Assembly (NCBI GenBank): GCA_963785725.1 | Contig: CAWAWS010000003.1 | Location: 384,001-448,000, forward strand | Length of the DNA: 64,000 nt | Direction of reading: 5' to 3' | From: an uncultured delta proteobacterium | GTDB taxonomy: Bacteria > Myxococcota_A > Polyangia > Palsa-1104 | Part shown: piece after piece, positions 13,213 through 24,041 of the stretch | Layout: each line of letters starts with the position of its first letter | How positions within the stretch are numbered: position 1 is the stretch's first letter | The notes under the pieces: model-generated | The model's database searches: none | The model's input: only the letters and a program-made list of their open reading frames with translations | What the model was told of the DNA's origin: nothing | Program-made: the position numbers and the translations under genes

Positions 13213-14122
13213 TCAGCCGGCCGCGGGCGAGATCGGCCGCTGGCGCAGCATCTCGAGGAGCAGCTCGCGAAACGCGGTGACCTTGCGCGGCACGTGCTGG
13301 CGGCTCGGCTGGACCAGCTGGATCGTGGCGGTCCTGACCAGCCAGCGCGGCAGCACGCGCACCAGCGTTCCGGCGGCGACGTCGGCCTCGGCGAGAAACG
13401 TCGGCAGCGCGCCCACGCCGCCGCCGGTGCGCAGCACCTCGCGCGCGAAGAACGGATCGCGACAGGTGATGCGCGCTTTGATGGCCCGCAGATCGCGGTG
13501 GCGGATGAGCTCGGCCATGCTGCGCGGGCCGGCGAACGACACCCAGTCGTAGTCGCGCAGCTCGGCCGGGCTGCGCGGCGGACCGCAGCGCGCCAGATAG
13601 GCAGGCGCGGCGTAGAGCTGCACGACCAGCGTGCCGACCTTGCGCGCCACCAACGTGGAGCTGCGCGGCGGGCGCGACAACAGCCGCAGCGCCAGATCGA
13701 AGCCGTCTTTGACCAGGTCGACGATCTCGGGCGTGAAGTGCAGCTCGACCTGCGTGCCCGGATAACGCGCGGTGTAGCGACTGACCGCCTCGGCCAACAC
13801 CACCGTGCCCAAGTCGGCGGTGGTCGTGATGCGCAGGACGCCGGTCGGCGACTCCTCCTGGCGCGGCAGATCGCGCAGCGACGTCTCCAGCGACGACAGC
13901 GACGGCGCCACGCGGTCGTAGAGCTGAAGGCCGGCGGCGGTGGTGCGCACCTGCCGCGTCGTGCGCGCGAACAGGCGCACGTCGAGCGTCGCCTCGAGCG
14001 CGGCGACGGCGCGGCTCACGGTCGAGCGCGGCACGCCCAGCTGCGCCGCGGCGGCGGAGAAGCTGCCGCCCGCGTGCACGGCGACGAAGGCGTGCAGCCG
14101 GTTGAGAATCGATTGGTGCCAT
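13213..14122 (-). CDS. LysR family regulator (+1 frameshift near 14107)
   Basis: Removing one T gives MAPIDLNRLHAFVAVHAGGSFSAAAAQLGVPRSTVSRAV..LFARTTR, followed by a substrate-binding domain (VDLVKDGFDLALR). Divergent from the NmrA gene. Confidence 0.9.
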
Positions 14123-14202
14123 GGCGCACCACAGAAGCGCAATCGGCGCCATTGTGCAAGCAGAGGCACAGCCGCAGGCTTGCAGCTCGACAGGAGAAGC
14201 CC

Positions 14203-15108
14203 ATGTCCACGACGTCTCAGACCGGAAAGCCTCTGCTCGTCACCGGCGCCGGCGGCGCGCTCGGCCGCCGCGTGCTCTCGCTCTTGCTCGAGCAAAAGGC
14301 CGGCGCCATCATCGCTACGACGCGCAATCCGGCGACGCTGGCCGAATTCGCGGCGCGCGGGGTCGACGTACGCCGCGCCAACTTCGACGAGCCGTCCGGC
14401 CTGCGCGCGGCCTTCGCCGGCGCCGAGCGCGCGCTCGTCATCAGCACCGATTCGCTGGGCACGCCCGGCCACCGCCTGCAGCAGCATCAGGATGCGATCC
14501 GCGCGCTGACCGAGGCCGGCGTGCGCCACGTGGTCTACACCTCGATGCCCAAGCCCGAGGGCTCGGCCATCCTCATCGCCGGCGATCACGACGGGACCGA
14601 GAAGACGCTACAGGCCTCGGCGCTCGACTTTACGATCCTGCGCAACAACATCTACGCCGACATGCTCTTGGAGGTGCTGCCGGCGGCGCTCGCCAGCGGC
14701 CGGCTCGTCGACGCCAAGGGCGACGGCGCCACCGCCTACGTGTGGCGCGAGGACTGCGCGCGCGTCGCCGTCGCGGCGCTGGCCAACCGCGCGCTCGGCG
14801 GACGGCAGGTCGTCGACGTCACCGGGCCGGCCGCGGTCACCGCGCGCGAGGTCGCGGCGTTGGCGGCCGAGGTGAGCGGGCGGCCGCTGACCCACGTCTC
14901 GGTGGCGCCGGCGGCTTACGTCGACGGCATGGTGCGGCATGGGATGCCGCAGCCAATCGCCGAGATCTTCGCATCGTTCGACGGCGCCATCGCGCGCGGC
15001 GAGCTGGCCCACGTCGGCGACGGCGTGCAGCGGCTGACCGGACAGCCGCCGCGGTCGCTGCGCGACTTTCTGGCCGCGCATCGCCAGGCGCTGACCGCCA
15101 AGTCGTAG
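14203..15108 (+). CDS. NmrA-like NAD(P)H-binding oxidoreductase
   Basis: VTGAGGALG, HVVYTS, TILRNNIY; RBS aggag. Confidence 0.9.
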   Translation: MSTTSQTGKPLLVTGAGGALGRRVLSLLLEQKAGAIIATTRNPATLAEFAARGVDVRRANFDEPSGLRAAFAGAERALVISTDSLGTPGHRLQQHQDAIRALTEAGVRHVVYTSMPKPEGSAILIAGDHDGTEKTLQASALDFTILRNNIYADMLLEVLPAALASGRLVDAKGDGATAYVWREDCARVAVAALANRALGGRQVVDVTGPAAVTAREVAALAAEVSGRPLTHVSVAPAAYVDGMVRHGMPQPIAEIFASFDGAIARGELAHVGDGVQRLTGQPPRSLRDFLAAHRQALTAKS

Positions 15109-15254
15109 CCCACGCAGCCTTCGTCGAAGACGCGAGCCGGTCTCGGTGAGGCAATGCTGCGCTATTGGCGACCGATATTCACGTCGCTACGAATTCGCGG
15201 ATTGAGATGTCTGGGATATGCGACGCAGCCGACGGGAGCTGGGCGCGTGTGTCT

Positions 15255-16223
15255 TCAGTCGACGAGTCGCAGCGCGCCGATGAGGCGCTGGCTCCACGCC
15301 AGCGCATTGCCGGGCGCGAGCTCGGGATACTCGAGCGCGAAGCCCTGCCACTCGATACTGCCCCAGTCGCACAGATGCGCCACGTCGCGGTCGTGCACCC
15401 ACTGCTCGCCTTTGGCCTCGTAAACGCGGCGCAAGAGCGCGAGCGGCAGCGGCGTGTCCTCGGCGAGCAGCACGGCGTCGTAGAGATCCTTCGGCTGCGG
15501 ATAACTGTCGGTCGCGATCCAGAGCAGCTTCCACGCGAGCGACTCGGCGCGCGACGCGTACCATAAACCGGGAGGCGCCTCGCGATATCCATGCGCAGCG
15601 GCGGTCTCGCGCAGCACCGCGAGCGTAGGCGCGTCCTGCAGCGGCTCGTGGAAGACGATGTCGATCTGAATTGCGTCGCGCATCGTCCCGGCGAAGATCC
15701 ACGGCACCGACAGCCGTCGCCCCTCTGCCCGCTCGTAGGTCCAGATGGCGTCGAGCGCGATCTCATCGTCGAGGACCTCGACGTTCGCGGCCCGGAGCGC
15801 GCCGCACACGGCCCGGCGAATCCCGCCAAGCAGCGTCGACGCGGCAGGCGAATCGGGAGCGCTGGTCGCGTCGCGGACGACGAAATCGATGTCGTGGGCG
15901 CGCCGCGCGCGATCGGGGAACCACGCCTCGAGCGTGAGGCTGCCGCGGAGCACGAGCGCATCGCGGACGGCGGAAGCAGCGAGCCCGTCGAGGCAGGTGC
16001 GCAACAGCGCCGAACGCGCCGCGTCGAGCGCCCGCGCGTGGTCCGCGGCCGTCGGTGCGCCTTTGACGAAGGCCCGCCGGTGATGCCGGAGCGCGGGATC
16101 GAAGACGTCGGGCCGCTGCGGCTCCACGACGTACCCGGCCGGGTAGCCGGCCGGCTTCGCGGCGGCGACGTCCGGAGTCTCCGCGGTGGCGATCTTCTTG
16201 CGATTGAACGGCCAGAAGCTCAT
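15255..16223 (-). CDS. AbiEii/AbiGii-like nucleotidyltransferase
   Basis: LVLRGS + HDIDF (Pol-beta GS..DxD), IQIDIVF, SLAWKL, KDLYDA. Confidence 0.8.
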   Translation of the reverse strand: MSFWPFNRKKIATAETPDVAAAKPAGYPAGYVVEPQRPDVFDPALRHHRRAFVKGAPTAADHARALDAARSALLRTCLDGLAASAVRDALVLRGSLTLEAWFPDRARRAHDIDFVVRDATSAPDSPAASTLLGGIRRAVCGALRAANVEVLDDEIALDAIWTYERAEGRRLSVPWIFAGTMRDAIQIDIVFHEPLQDAPTLAVLRETAAAHGYREAPPGLWYASRAESLAWKLLWIATDSYPQPKDLYDAVLLAEDTPLPLALLRRVYEAKGEQWVHDRDVAHLCDWGSIEWQGFALEYPELAPGNALAWSQRLIGALRLVD

Positions 16224-16807
16224 GGCGATTCCTCGGGACGCCAGCCGGCGTCGAGCCAGAGATTGTCATCGTACACGACCCGCTCGCGCTCAATCTGGGC
16301 GACGGCCACGGCCCGACGGCGCAGCGCGTCCAGCAGCGCCTCGAGCCCCGCGGCCGCGGCCGTCGTCGCATGGACGGCAAAGCGCTGCGTCAAAAAGCGC
16401 TCCTCGCAGCCATCGAGCACCCGGAACGCATTTCGCGACAGATGCGCGCCGTGCGCCGCGCCGAGCGGCCCGAGCTCCGCGATCCGGTCCGGCGTGGTGC
16501 GCACCTTGACGTGATGCTCGATGTACAGCGCCGGCAGGTGCGCAGTCTCGGGCGCGTGCTCGACTTCGATCTTGATCCGTTTGACCTCGACGCCGAGCGA
16601 CGCCAGCTCGTCGCGAATGCCGTGGGCGCGGTGGACGGCGGCGTCGAGCTCGCCCGCGAGCCGCGCCGTGATCATCGTCTGCCGCGGGAACGCGCCGTGC
16701 GAGAGCTCGATATGCGTCAACCGGAACGCGCGCGGCGAGAGCCACGTGAGGAGCGCGCGCTCGGCGTGCGGCGGGTGCGCCAGCGTAAGATGCACCTCGA
16801 TAGACAC
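16220..16807 (-). CDS. Hypothetical protein with duplicated ExH motifs, coupled to the nucleotidyltransferase
   Basis: IEVHLTL and YIEHHVKV, AHLSRNA, ERFLTQR, YDDNLWLDAGW; ATGA overlap with the downstream gene. Confidence 0.8.
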   Translation of the reverse strand: MSIEVHLTLAHPPHAERALLTWLSPRAFRLTHIELSHGAFPRQTMITARLAGELDAAVHRAHGIRDELASLGVEVKRIKIEVEHAPETAHLPALYIEHHVKVRTTPDRIAELGPLGAAHGAHLSRNAFRVLDGCEERFLTQRFAVHATTAAAAGLEALLDALRRRAVAVAQIERERVVYDDNLWLDAGWRPEESP

Positions 16808-16879
16808 GAGCCGATGATTAGCACACGGCAGGCGACCGTCTACCGACGACGCCCGTACGCGCTGTTTGCAGACGGCCGG

Positions 16880-17680
16880 CTACGCGCTACGCAACCAAGG
16901 GATGAGGCGCGAGGTGGTGCGCTGATATTCGGCGTACGTCGGATACTTGCTCAGCGAGACATTCTCCGTCATCCGCGTCGAGCCTTGGAACAGCAGCGTC
17001 AGCACGATCGCGCCGCCGATCGTCGCGTTGAGCCATCCGGCACCGGCGACGGAGAAGAGGTAGAAGCTCCACCACATGGCCATCTCGCAGAAGAAGTTGG
17101 GATGGCGGCTATAGCGAAAGAGACCGCTCGTCAAAAAGGGCTGCGCGATGTCGCGCTGGCTCGCGCGCAGCTGTGCCTTCTCTTGGTGGAATCGCCACTG
17201 TTGCTGATCGGCGATCGTCTCACCGACGAGGAACGCCACGAACAGCGTCGCCGCCGCCACGTCGGTGGCAGCCAGTGGCGCCGGGTGCTCGAGCGCCGCC
17301 CACGCCGGCAGCGTGAATGCGAGCAGCAGCAGGTTCTGAAACGGCGCGATGAAGGTGGCGTTGAACAGCTGGAACTTCAGCGGACCGAGCCGCTGGCGCA
17401 GGATGAGCCAGCGATAGTCTTCTCCGCCTCGTCGATAGCCGCCCTTGCGCGCGAAGTTGTAGGTCAGCCGCAGTCCCCAGGCGACGACCAAGAGCAGCAT
17501 GAGATCGAGCCGCGTGTCCGCGAAGCGCGCGCGCGAAGCGAACCAGGCCACGTAGCCCACCGGCGCGAGCGACCAGAGGCGATCGACCCACGACACATCG
17601 CCGGTCAAGAGCGACAGGATGAAGCAGGCGCCGGCGAGGGCAGCCGCGGCGCAGATCGCAGTCTGTAAGGCGGGGGTCAC
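16880..17680 (-). CDS. DUF1295 (steroid 5-alpha-reductase-like) membrane protein
   Basis: VDRLWS, WGLRLT, EDYRW, ETIADQQQ, GLFRYSRHPNFF, YAEYQRTTS. Confidence 0.9.
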   Translation of the reverse strand: MTPALQTAICAAAALAGACFILSLLTGDVSWVDRLWSLAPVGYVAWFASRARFADTRLDLMLLLVVAWGLRLTYNFARKGGYRRGGEDYRWLILRQRLGPLKFQLFNATFIAPFQNLLLLAFTLPAWAALEHPAPLAATDVAAATLFVAFLVGETIADQQQWRFHQEKAQLRASQRDIAQPFLTSGLFRYSRHPNFFCEMAMWWSFYLFSVAGAGWLNATIGGAIVLTLLFQGSTRMTENVSLSKYPTYAEYQRTTSRLIPWLRSA

Positions 17681-17798
17681 GCCGCAACCGTAGCCGAGGT
17701 CGAAGCGTTGGTTCAAGTGCCGACACGGCTGTGCCGGCGATCACACCGAGCCGTTGTGCCGCTCGCCGACTCCGCGCCGCTTCGGGTAGGATCGCGGC

Positions 17799-19766
17799 AT
17801 GTCGAGCCTGCGTAGCCTGTTCGTTTCCCTCGCGGTCCTGACGCTGGGCGCGCTGCCGGCGCGCGCCGACCACGTCATCCAGTTCAAAGACCGCACCATC
17901 GATCTGGACCTCTATTTACAAGGCTATCCGTATTCGAGCCCGTACATCGATCTGCGCGCGGGCAAGATGTTCTACCGACACAAGGGCAAGACCGATCAGC
18001 TGATGATGACGTCCTTCGACGTCGCGTCGAAGCAGCCGGTCGACCTCTCGCTCGGTCGCGTCATCTCGCCGCGCGACTTCTCGAAGCGCACGTGGTGGGG
18101 CGCGGCGTGGAGCCCGGCGACGAAGACCGTGCTCATCCAGGCCGACGAGAAGAGCGACGAGATCATGAACCTCTACTCGCTCGATCCGGAGACGGGCGCG
18201 GAGAAGCGGCTCACCAACACGTCGTACATCTATGGTTGGAAGCTCAGCCACGACGGCCGCCGCGTCGCCTACGTCACCCGCGCCACCAAGGACGAGCTGT
18301 CGCCCGCCGACGTGCGCGTCCTCGATCTGGCGACCGGCGCCGAGAAGGTCGTCTACCAGGACTCGCCCGAGAAGAAGCTCGCCTGGACCGGCCTCACCTG
18401 GCAGCCGAACGAGCATGGGCTGCTGCTCGGGTTCAACGGCGACGGCGATCGCCACCACCGCAACCTCTTGTACGTTCCCATCGACGGCAAGGGCGCAGCG
18501 CGCGTCCTCAGCGATCCGAAGACGCCGCGCTACGAGGACGACCCGCTCGACGAGTGGATCGACGACGACGAATACCTGTTCACCTCCGACGAAGCGGGCG
18601 GCGTCATGTCGGTCTACCGCGCGTCGTTACGCGGCGGCGCGCCGGTGCGCGTCACCGCCGAGCACGAGAACGTCAAGAGCACGGCCGTCCTGAAGGACGG
18701 CGAGCGCCGGAGCCTCGTCGTGGTCGTCGGCAATCCCTTGACGAGCGTGCTCGAGCTCATCGACCCGCGGACCGGCGCGGTCAAGGAGCGGTCCAAACAC
18801 GATGAGCTCTGGTCGCTCGACAACGTCTACGATCAGCACGGCATCATCACGATGACCTCGTTGTCGATCCCCTTCAAGGCGATGCAGCTCGACCTGCACG
18901 GCGACAAGCTCGAGCTCATCGACCGCGTGAGCTATCCCGAGCGGCTGCTCAGCAAGATCGTCAACTGCGACGTCGAGAAGGTCAGCTTCCCCACGTTCGA
19001 CAAGCTGGCGGCGCCGGGCGAGAACGGCACGCTGCACGCGTACCTGTTGAAGCCGAAGCGGCCGCGCCCAAAGAGCGAGCTGCGCGCGCTCGTGCTGTCG
19101 TTCTACGGCGGCTACAACGACTTCTGGACCGGCGGGGAGATCCTGTGCCAGGCCGGTTATTACGTGATGAGCCCGGCGCCGCGCGGCTCGGGTGACTTCG
19201 GCACCAGCTTCTTCGACCTCGCCGCGGGTGACTGGGGCGGCGCCGAGACGCTCGACGACTTCGCCGCCGGCAAGTTCCTGCGCGACCGGCTCGGCATTCC
19301 GGCGCAGCGCATCGGCATCTTCGGCCACAGCCGCGGCGGCTACGACACGATGCGCGCGATGACCTTCCCCGGCGAGGTCAACGGCGTGAAGGAGCCGTTC
19401 CGCTTCGGCTTCGGCGTCGCCGAGTCGGGCATCAGTGACATCATCCGCGCCGCCAAAGGCGGCAACATCTCGCAGTGGTACGCCAACCTGACGGGCGGCG
19501 ATCCGGCGAAGGATGCGGCCAAATGGAACGATCGCTCGCCCGAGAGGCACGCCGATCGGATCTCGGGGCCGCTCTTACTCACGCACGGCAGCAACGACAA
19601 TCGCGTTCCGGTGACCGAGAGTCGCTCGATGTACGCCACGCTCAAGCAGCTGAAGAAGGAGGTCTATTACACCGAGCTGCCGGGACAGGGGCACGGCTAC
19701 GTCGGCATCGAGGCGCAGTCGCAATACTATCGCGCCCTCTTCGATTTCCTCGGCAAGCTGCATTGA
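17799..19766 (+). CDS. Secreted S9 prolyl oligopeptidase family peptidase
   Basis: Signal peptide, propeller region, GHSRGG nucleophile, HGSNDNRV, GQGHG. Confidence 0.9.
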   Translation: MSSLRSLFVSLAVLTLGALPARADHVIQFKDRTIDLDLYLQGYPYSSPYIDLRAGKMFYRHKGKTDQLMMTSFDVASKQPVDLSLGRVISPRDFSKRTWWGAAWSPATKTVLIQADEKSDEIMNLYSLDPETGAEKRLTNTSYIYGWKLSHDGRRVAYVTRATKDELSPADVRVLDLATGAEKVVYQDSPEKKLAWTGLTWQPNEHGLLLGFNGDGDRHHRNLLYVPIDGKGAARVLSDPKTPRYEDDPLDEWIDDDEYLFTSDEAGGVMSVYRASLRGGAPVRVTAEHENVKSTAVLKDGERRSLVVVVGNPLTSVLELIDPRTGAVKERSKHDELWSLDNVYDQHGIITMTSLSIPFKAMQLDLHGDKLELIDRVSYPERLLSKIVNCDVEKVSFPTFDKLAAPGENGTLHAYLLKPKRPRPKSELRALVLSFYGGYNDFWTGGEILCQAGYYVMSPAPRGSGDFGTSFFDLAAGDWGGAETLDDFAAGKFLRDRLGIPAQRIGIFGHSRGGYDTMRAMTFPGEVNGVKEPFRFGFGVAESGISDIIRAAKGGNISQWYANLTGGDPAKDAAKWNDRSPERHADRISGPLLLTHGSNDNRVPVTESRSMYATLKQLKKEVYYTELPGQGHGYVGIEAQSQYYRALFDFLGKLH

Positions 19767-19935
19767 GATGAGAGCGAGGTCGGCGCGCCCACAGCCGGTT
19801 CCAGGCGACGACGACCCTTCCGCGTGCCGAAGTAGCACCGCGAATGCGACCTGCAGGCGCGCCTGATGACCTCGCCGCCGCTTCTGTTCTATAGTTTCGG
19901 GTGAATCTGCCGATTGAATGCCTAGTGTGAATGCC

Positions 19936-20550
19936 ATGTCCTCGACGCGGTCCGCCTCCGCCTCGTTTGCCATGCCCGGCGTCGAAGTCAAAGGCGCCTT
20001 CGTCAGCGCGTACTGCGCGACGCTCAAGGATCTCAATCTATTCGACGCGGTCCGCGAGCGCGCCTCGCCCGAACTGCGCGAGGCGCTGCAATGGCCACCG
20101 CCGTCATCGGCTTGGATCGACTACGGCCTCATCGTCGAGATCGACGCCATCGTGCACACCATGCGCGGCGCCCGGATGGTCCGCCGCCTCGCGCACGACG
20201 CGACCATGGTGGGCATCGCGCCATTGATGCAGACGTTCGTGCAGGGCCTCTTGCGGCTGTTCGGGATAAGCCCGGCCACGTTGTTCGCCAACATGCACCG
20301 GGTCTCGTCGCAGACGACGCGCGGCGGCCGCTTCGTCTGGACGCGCACGTCGGAGTTCTCGGGCGTGATGACGCTCCACGTGCCACGGCTACGCGGCATC
20401 AACGTCGCGCTGTGGCACGCGTCGGCGGGCGGCCTCGAGCTGGTGTTCGAAGCCTGCGGTGTCGACGGCACGGTGCAGGAGCCCCTGCCGAAGGAGGACG
20501 CGAGCGGCACGAGCGTCGAGTTCCGCCTGAGCTGGCAGGCGAAAGTCTGA
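19936..20550 (+). CDS. Hypothetical protein (myxobacterial DUF2378/V4R-like)
   Basis: VEVKG..PPPSSAWID..LFGISPATLF..FRLSW; similar architecture to 25430..26011. Confidence 0.65.
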   Translation: MSSTRSASASFAMPGVEVKGAFVSAYCATLKDLNLFDAVRERASPELREALQWPPPSSAWIDYGLIVEIDAIVHTMRGARMVRRLAHDATMVGIAPLMQTFVQGLLRLFGISPATLFANMHRVSSQTTRGGRFVWTRTSEFSGVMTLHVPRLRGINVALWHASAGGLELVFEACGVDGTVQEPLPKEDASGTSVEFRLSWQAKV

Positions 20551-20664
20551 CGACTGGACGCAGAGTCGAGCGCTGCGCGCCCTCGCCGCCCGCGATGAGC
20601 GGGCCGAACACGGCGCCGGGCTCATCACGACGCAAGCGCGCGCGCTACCCGCGCATCGCCGCGA

Positions 20665-23139
20665 TCAGCCGTCGAGGACGCGCAGCGAGCCGCGGACGAC
20701 GCCGTAGCCGCCGCCCGTGCGCAGCGCGCGCCACAGCTCGGCCGGCGCCAGCGTGCCGCCGACGAGCCGGCGATAGTGCTCGACGATGCGCGCCGTCTCC
20801 GCCGCCGACTCCCGCACGAGCTCGACGCGAAAGCGCCGCACGCCCGCCTGCATGAGCCGCGGCACCAGGTCGGCCGCGCTCTGCGACGCCGCGTGAAACA
20901 CCGTGTTGCGGCAGCCGACGTCGGCCTCGACGGGATGGTCCATGCCGGCGCGATCGCGCAGCGACAGCTGGTGCCGCTCGCAGGGCCGGCCGCAGTCTTT
21001 ATGGTCGTGCCCGTTCGACATGAGCGCCGCGATCACGCAGTGCTCCATGTGAAACAGCGGCATCGGATGGTGCGCCACGACTTCGGCATGAGGCGCCCAC
21101 TCGCCGTCGACGAGCCCGAGCAGCTGGGTGGCGTCGAGGTCGAACGACGGCGTAAAGGCGCACAGGTCGCGCGACAACACTTCGCGCGCCGCCAGCCGAT
21201 TGGTGACGTTGAGCGCGAAGTCGCCGACGCGCGGGATGGTGCCGCCGGCGCCGGCCACGAGCGCGCCCAAGCTACGCACCAATAAGAGGTCGGGCGACAG
21301 CGACGCGAGGAAACGATCGATCTTGTCCTCGCCCGGCTTGCGGATGCGCGGCGGCGTCAGGCCGAGCTGCACCGGGCCACGCGCGCGCAAGGCGCGAACG
21401 GCGTCGCCGGTGCCGGTCAGCTCGAGGAAGTCGAGGTAGATGCCGTCGGCGCCGGCGTCGAGCGCGGCGTGCGCCTGGGCCAGGTTGCGACAGAGGACGA
21501 ACAGCCCCGCCGGCGCCGCGGTCGCCGTCGGCGGACGGGCGGCGGCGACGAGCGCGGCGGCGGAGACGTCCGTGGTCGCGTGGCGGCGCGCGGCCGCGTG
21601 GTCGAGCGCGTCGACGAGCGCCCGCCGCGCGCGGTTGAGCGACGCCACCGGCACGCTGGCGTCGGCGGGCCAGTCGAGCGTCAGGTCGCGCAGCGTAAAG
21701 GCGGTGCCGCCGAGGCGGCCGAGCTTGTCGCGCACGACGGCGGCGTCGATGGGCGCGGCGTGCGCCCGCTCGATCGCCGCGTCACCCTCGACGGAGACGA
21801 CGCTCGCGCCCAGCTGCGCGCGGAACCGCGGCCGCTCGCCGAGCGCGCCCTCGACCACGATGTCGATGGGCAGCCGCGCCGGCTCCAGCCGCTCGATCAG
21901 CTCCTTCTGCAGCGCCGGATCGCTGTTCTTGAAGACGCGCCGGTCGGCCAGCGCGTCCGCGTGGTCGAGCGGACGATCGGGCCCGAGCCACACCAGCACG
22001 TCGTCGCCGCCGTCGGCGCGCTCGAGCTCGCGTCCGTCGCGGCCGACGAGCTGCCAGATGCGGCCGCCGAGCTCGCCGGCGCCGGCCCAGCCGCCCTCGA
22101 CGAGGATGCCGTCGCCGCGCTTGAGCGGCGCGGCCAAGGTCAGGCGCAAGAGCGAGCGGCCGCGCACGCGCTCGACGCCGCGACAGTCGCCGGCGAAGAG
22201 GCCGCGGTGATCGCAGCTGCGTCCTTCGACGAGGCGCTGGTGATCGATGCCGGCCAAGAAGCCCGGGCCCGAGCCGCGCGAAAACGTCGCCAGCGCCGCC
22301 GCGCGCGTCGCTTCGTCGGGCGGCGCCGCGTCACCGAGAGCGGCCGCGATGGCCTCGCGATACAGCCGCGTCATCGCCGCGACGTACGCCGGACCCTTCA
22401 AGCGCCCTTCGATCTTGAGCGACGAGACGCCGAGCGCCATCAGCTGCGGCACCAGCGCGCTCGCTTCGAGATCCTCGGGCGACAAGAGATAGGCGCGGTC
22501 GTCGTGCGGACGCAGCTTGCCGTCGACGACGAGGTCGTACGGCAGCCGGCACGCCTGCGCGCACGCGCCGCGGTTGGCGCTGCGCCCGCCGATCGCCTCC
22601 GACGTCAAACACTGGCCCGAGTAGGCGATGCAGAGCGCGCCGTGGACGAACACCTCGACCTCGACATCGGTGGCGCGGCGGATGGCGGCGATGTCGTCGA
22701 GCGACAGCTCGCGCGCCAGGATGACGCGGCTGGCGCCGAGGCTGCGGGCGAGCGCGATCGAATCGGCGTCGGTGCAGGTCATCTGCGTCGAGGCGTGCAG
22801 CGGCAAGCTCGGCGCCACCGCGCGCACCAAGCGGGCGACGCCCAGGTCCTGCACGATGACGGCGTCGACGCCGGCCGCGGCGCAGGCGCGAATGGCCGCC
22901 TCCATCGCCGCCAGCTCACCGTCGAAGACGAGCGTGTTGAGCGTCACGTAGCCGCGGCGCCCGCGCGCGTGCAGCCAGCGCAGCGTCTCGGCGAGCGTCT
23001 CGACGTCGAAGTTGGTGGCGCGCGCGCGCGCGTTGAAGCCGTGCAGCCCGAAGTAGACGGCGTCGGCGCCGGCGTCGACGGCGGCGCGCAGGCACTCGGC
23101 GTCGCCGGCGGGCGCGAGAATTTCGGGCGGCTGCGGCAC
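20665..23139 (-). CDS. U32 peptidase family protein (RlhA-like rRNA hydroxylase)
   Basis: EILAPAG, GADAVYFG, HASTQM, HGALCIAYSGQC, NRGACAQACR, SLKIEGR, plus a long C-terminal extension. Confidence 0.92.
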   Translation of the reverse strand: MPQPPEILAPAGDAECLRAAVDAGADAVYFGLHGFNARARATNFDVETLAETLRWLHARGRRGYVTLNTLVFDGELAAMEAAIRACAAAGVDAVIVQDLGVARLVRAVAPSLPLHASTQMTCTDADSIALARSLGASRVILARELSLDDIAAIRRATDVEVEVFVHGALCIAYSGQCLTSEAIGGRSANRGACAQACRLPYDLVVDGKLRPHDDRAYLLSPEDLEASALVPQLMALGVSSLKIEGRLKGPAYVAAMTRLYREAIAAALGDAAPPDEATRAAALATFSRGSGPGFLAGIDHQRLVEGRSCDHRGLFAGDCRGVERVRGRSLLRLTLAAPLKRGDGILVEGGWAGAGELGGRIWQLVGRDGRELERADGGDDVLVWLGPDRPLDHADALADRRVFKNSDPALQKELIERLEPARLPIDIVVEGALGERPRFRAQLGASVVSVEGDAAIERAHAAPIDAAVVRDKLGRLGGTAFTLRDLTLDWPADASVPVASLNRARRALVDALDHAAARRHATTDVSAAALVAAARPPTATAAPAGLFVLCRNLAQAHAALDAGADGIYLDFLELTGTGDAVRALRARGPVQLGLTPPRIRKPGEDKIDRFLASLSPDLLLVRSLGALVAGAGGTIPRVGDFALNVTNRLAAREVLSRDLCAFTPSFDLDATQLLGLVDGEWAPHAEVVAHHPMPLFHMEHCVIAALMSNGHDHKDCGRPCERHQLSLRDRAGMDHPVEADVGCRNTVFHAASQSAADLVPRLMQAGVRRFRVELVRESAAETARIVEHYRRLVGGTLAPAELWRALRTGGGYGVVRGSLRVLDG

Positions 23140-23241
23140 GGAGGCAGGTGTAGCACGACCGCGCGGAGATGCAGAATCGCCGCCGCGAGGGCCGCCGTCG
23201 GCGCCGTCACGCGACGCGCCGCAGTTTGTTATCGTCAGGGG

Positions 23242-23928
23242 ATGCGCAGTCCTGCCGTCGCTCGTTGGCTCGCGTTGGCGAGCGCGTTGGCCGCGGGTGG
23301 CGTCGACCGCGTGGCGGCACAGCCGGCGCGCGGCGATGCCGCCCTACCCAAGTCGGTCACCCTGCCGGCGTCGGCCATCGCCGGCGGCAAGTCGGTCTGG
23401 GTCGACTCCGAGCCCGATCCCGAGTACGCGCTCCTCGACGCCCGCGTCGACATCGGCACGATCCGGCAAGTCGGCGACGAGCTCGAGGCGACGCTGCGCT
23501 GGCCGATTGGACCGGGGCAGCGGCGCGATCTGCAGGCGAGCCATCCCGAGCTGCGCTTGCCCGAAGGCGCGGTCGAAGAGGACCGCGAACGCTATCGCTG
23601 CGGGCGCGACCGCATGGCCTATTTCACGATCGAGACGACGTACCGCGCGGCCGACGGCACGATCGTGCACCGCGAGCGCTTCGACGTCGCCAAAGCGCGG
23701 CAAGCGGAGGCGGCGCGCGCGGCGGCGATGCCGAAGTCGAGCTTCACGTTCGCGACCTACGGCAAGAGCCCGCGCGATCTCGTCTGTTGGGCGGCGGCGC
23801 GCAAATGCAAACACGAGCCGTTCACCTGGCCGCCACCGCCGAACGACACGCGCTTCGACGATCCGCACTATGCCGAGCAGCGCGACGCGCACGACGCGCG
23901 CTTCGTTCCGACGTGCGCCTTGCGGTGA
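23242..23928 (+). CDS. Secreted hypothetical protein
   Basis: Signal peptide MRSPAVARWLALASALAA; this is the coding-like 3' part of ORF 21469..23928. Confidence 0.7.
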   Translation: MRSPAVARWLALASALAAGGVDRVAAQPARGDAALPKSVTLPASAIAGGKSVWVDSEPDPEYALLDARVDIGTIRQVGDELEATLRWPIGPGQRRDLQASHPELRLPEGAVEEDRERYRCGRDRMAYFTIETTYRAADGTIVHRERFDVAKARQAEAARAAAMPKSSFTFATYGKSPRDLVCWAAARKCKHEPFTWPPPPNDTRFDDPHYAEQRDAHDARFVPTCALR

Positions 23929-24041
23929 GCGTCCGTCACGCGTCGCTCACGCGATCGCCCCGCCGCGATTCGAGGGCGCTAATTTTCAAAATTAGCCCCG
24001 AAAACATGTATTATGCTTAACACGCAATGGGAGAAGAATAC

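Noticed and set aside
21469..23241. N-terminal part of the 819-aa ORF
   Set aside because: Antisense to the U32 gene; only the part from 23242 looks coding.
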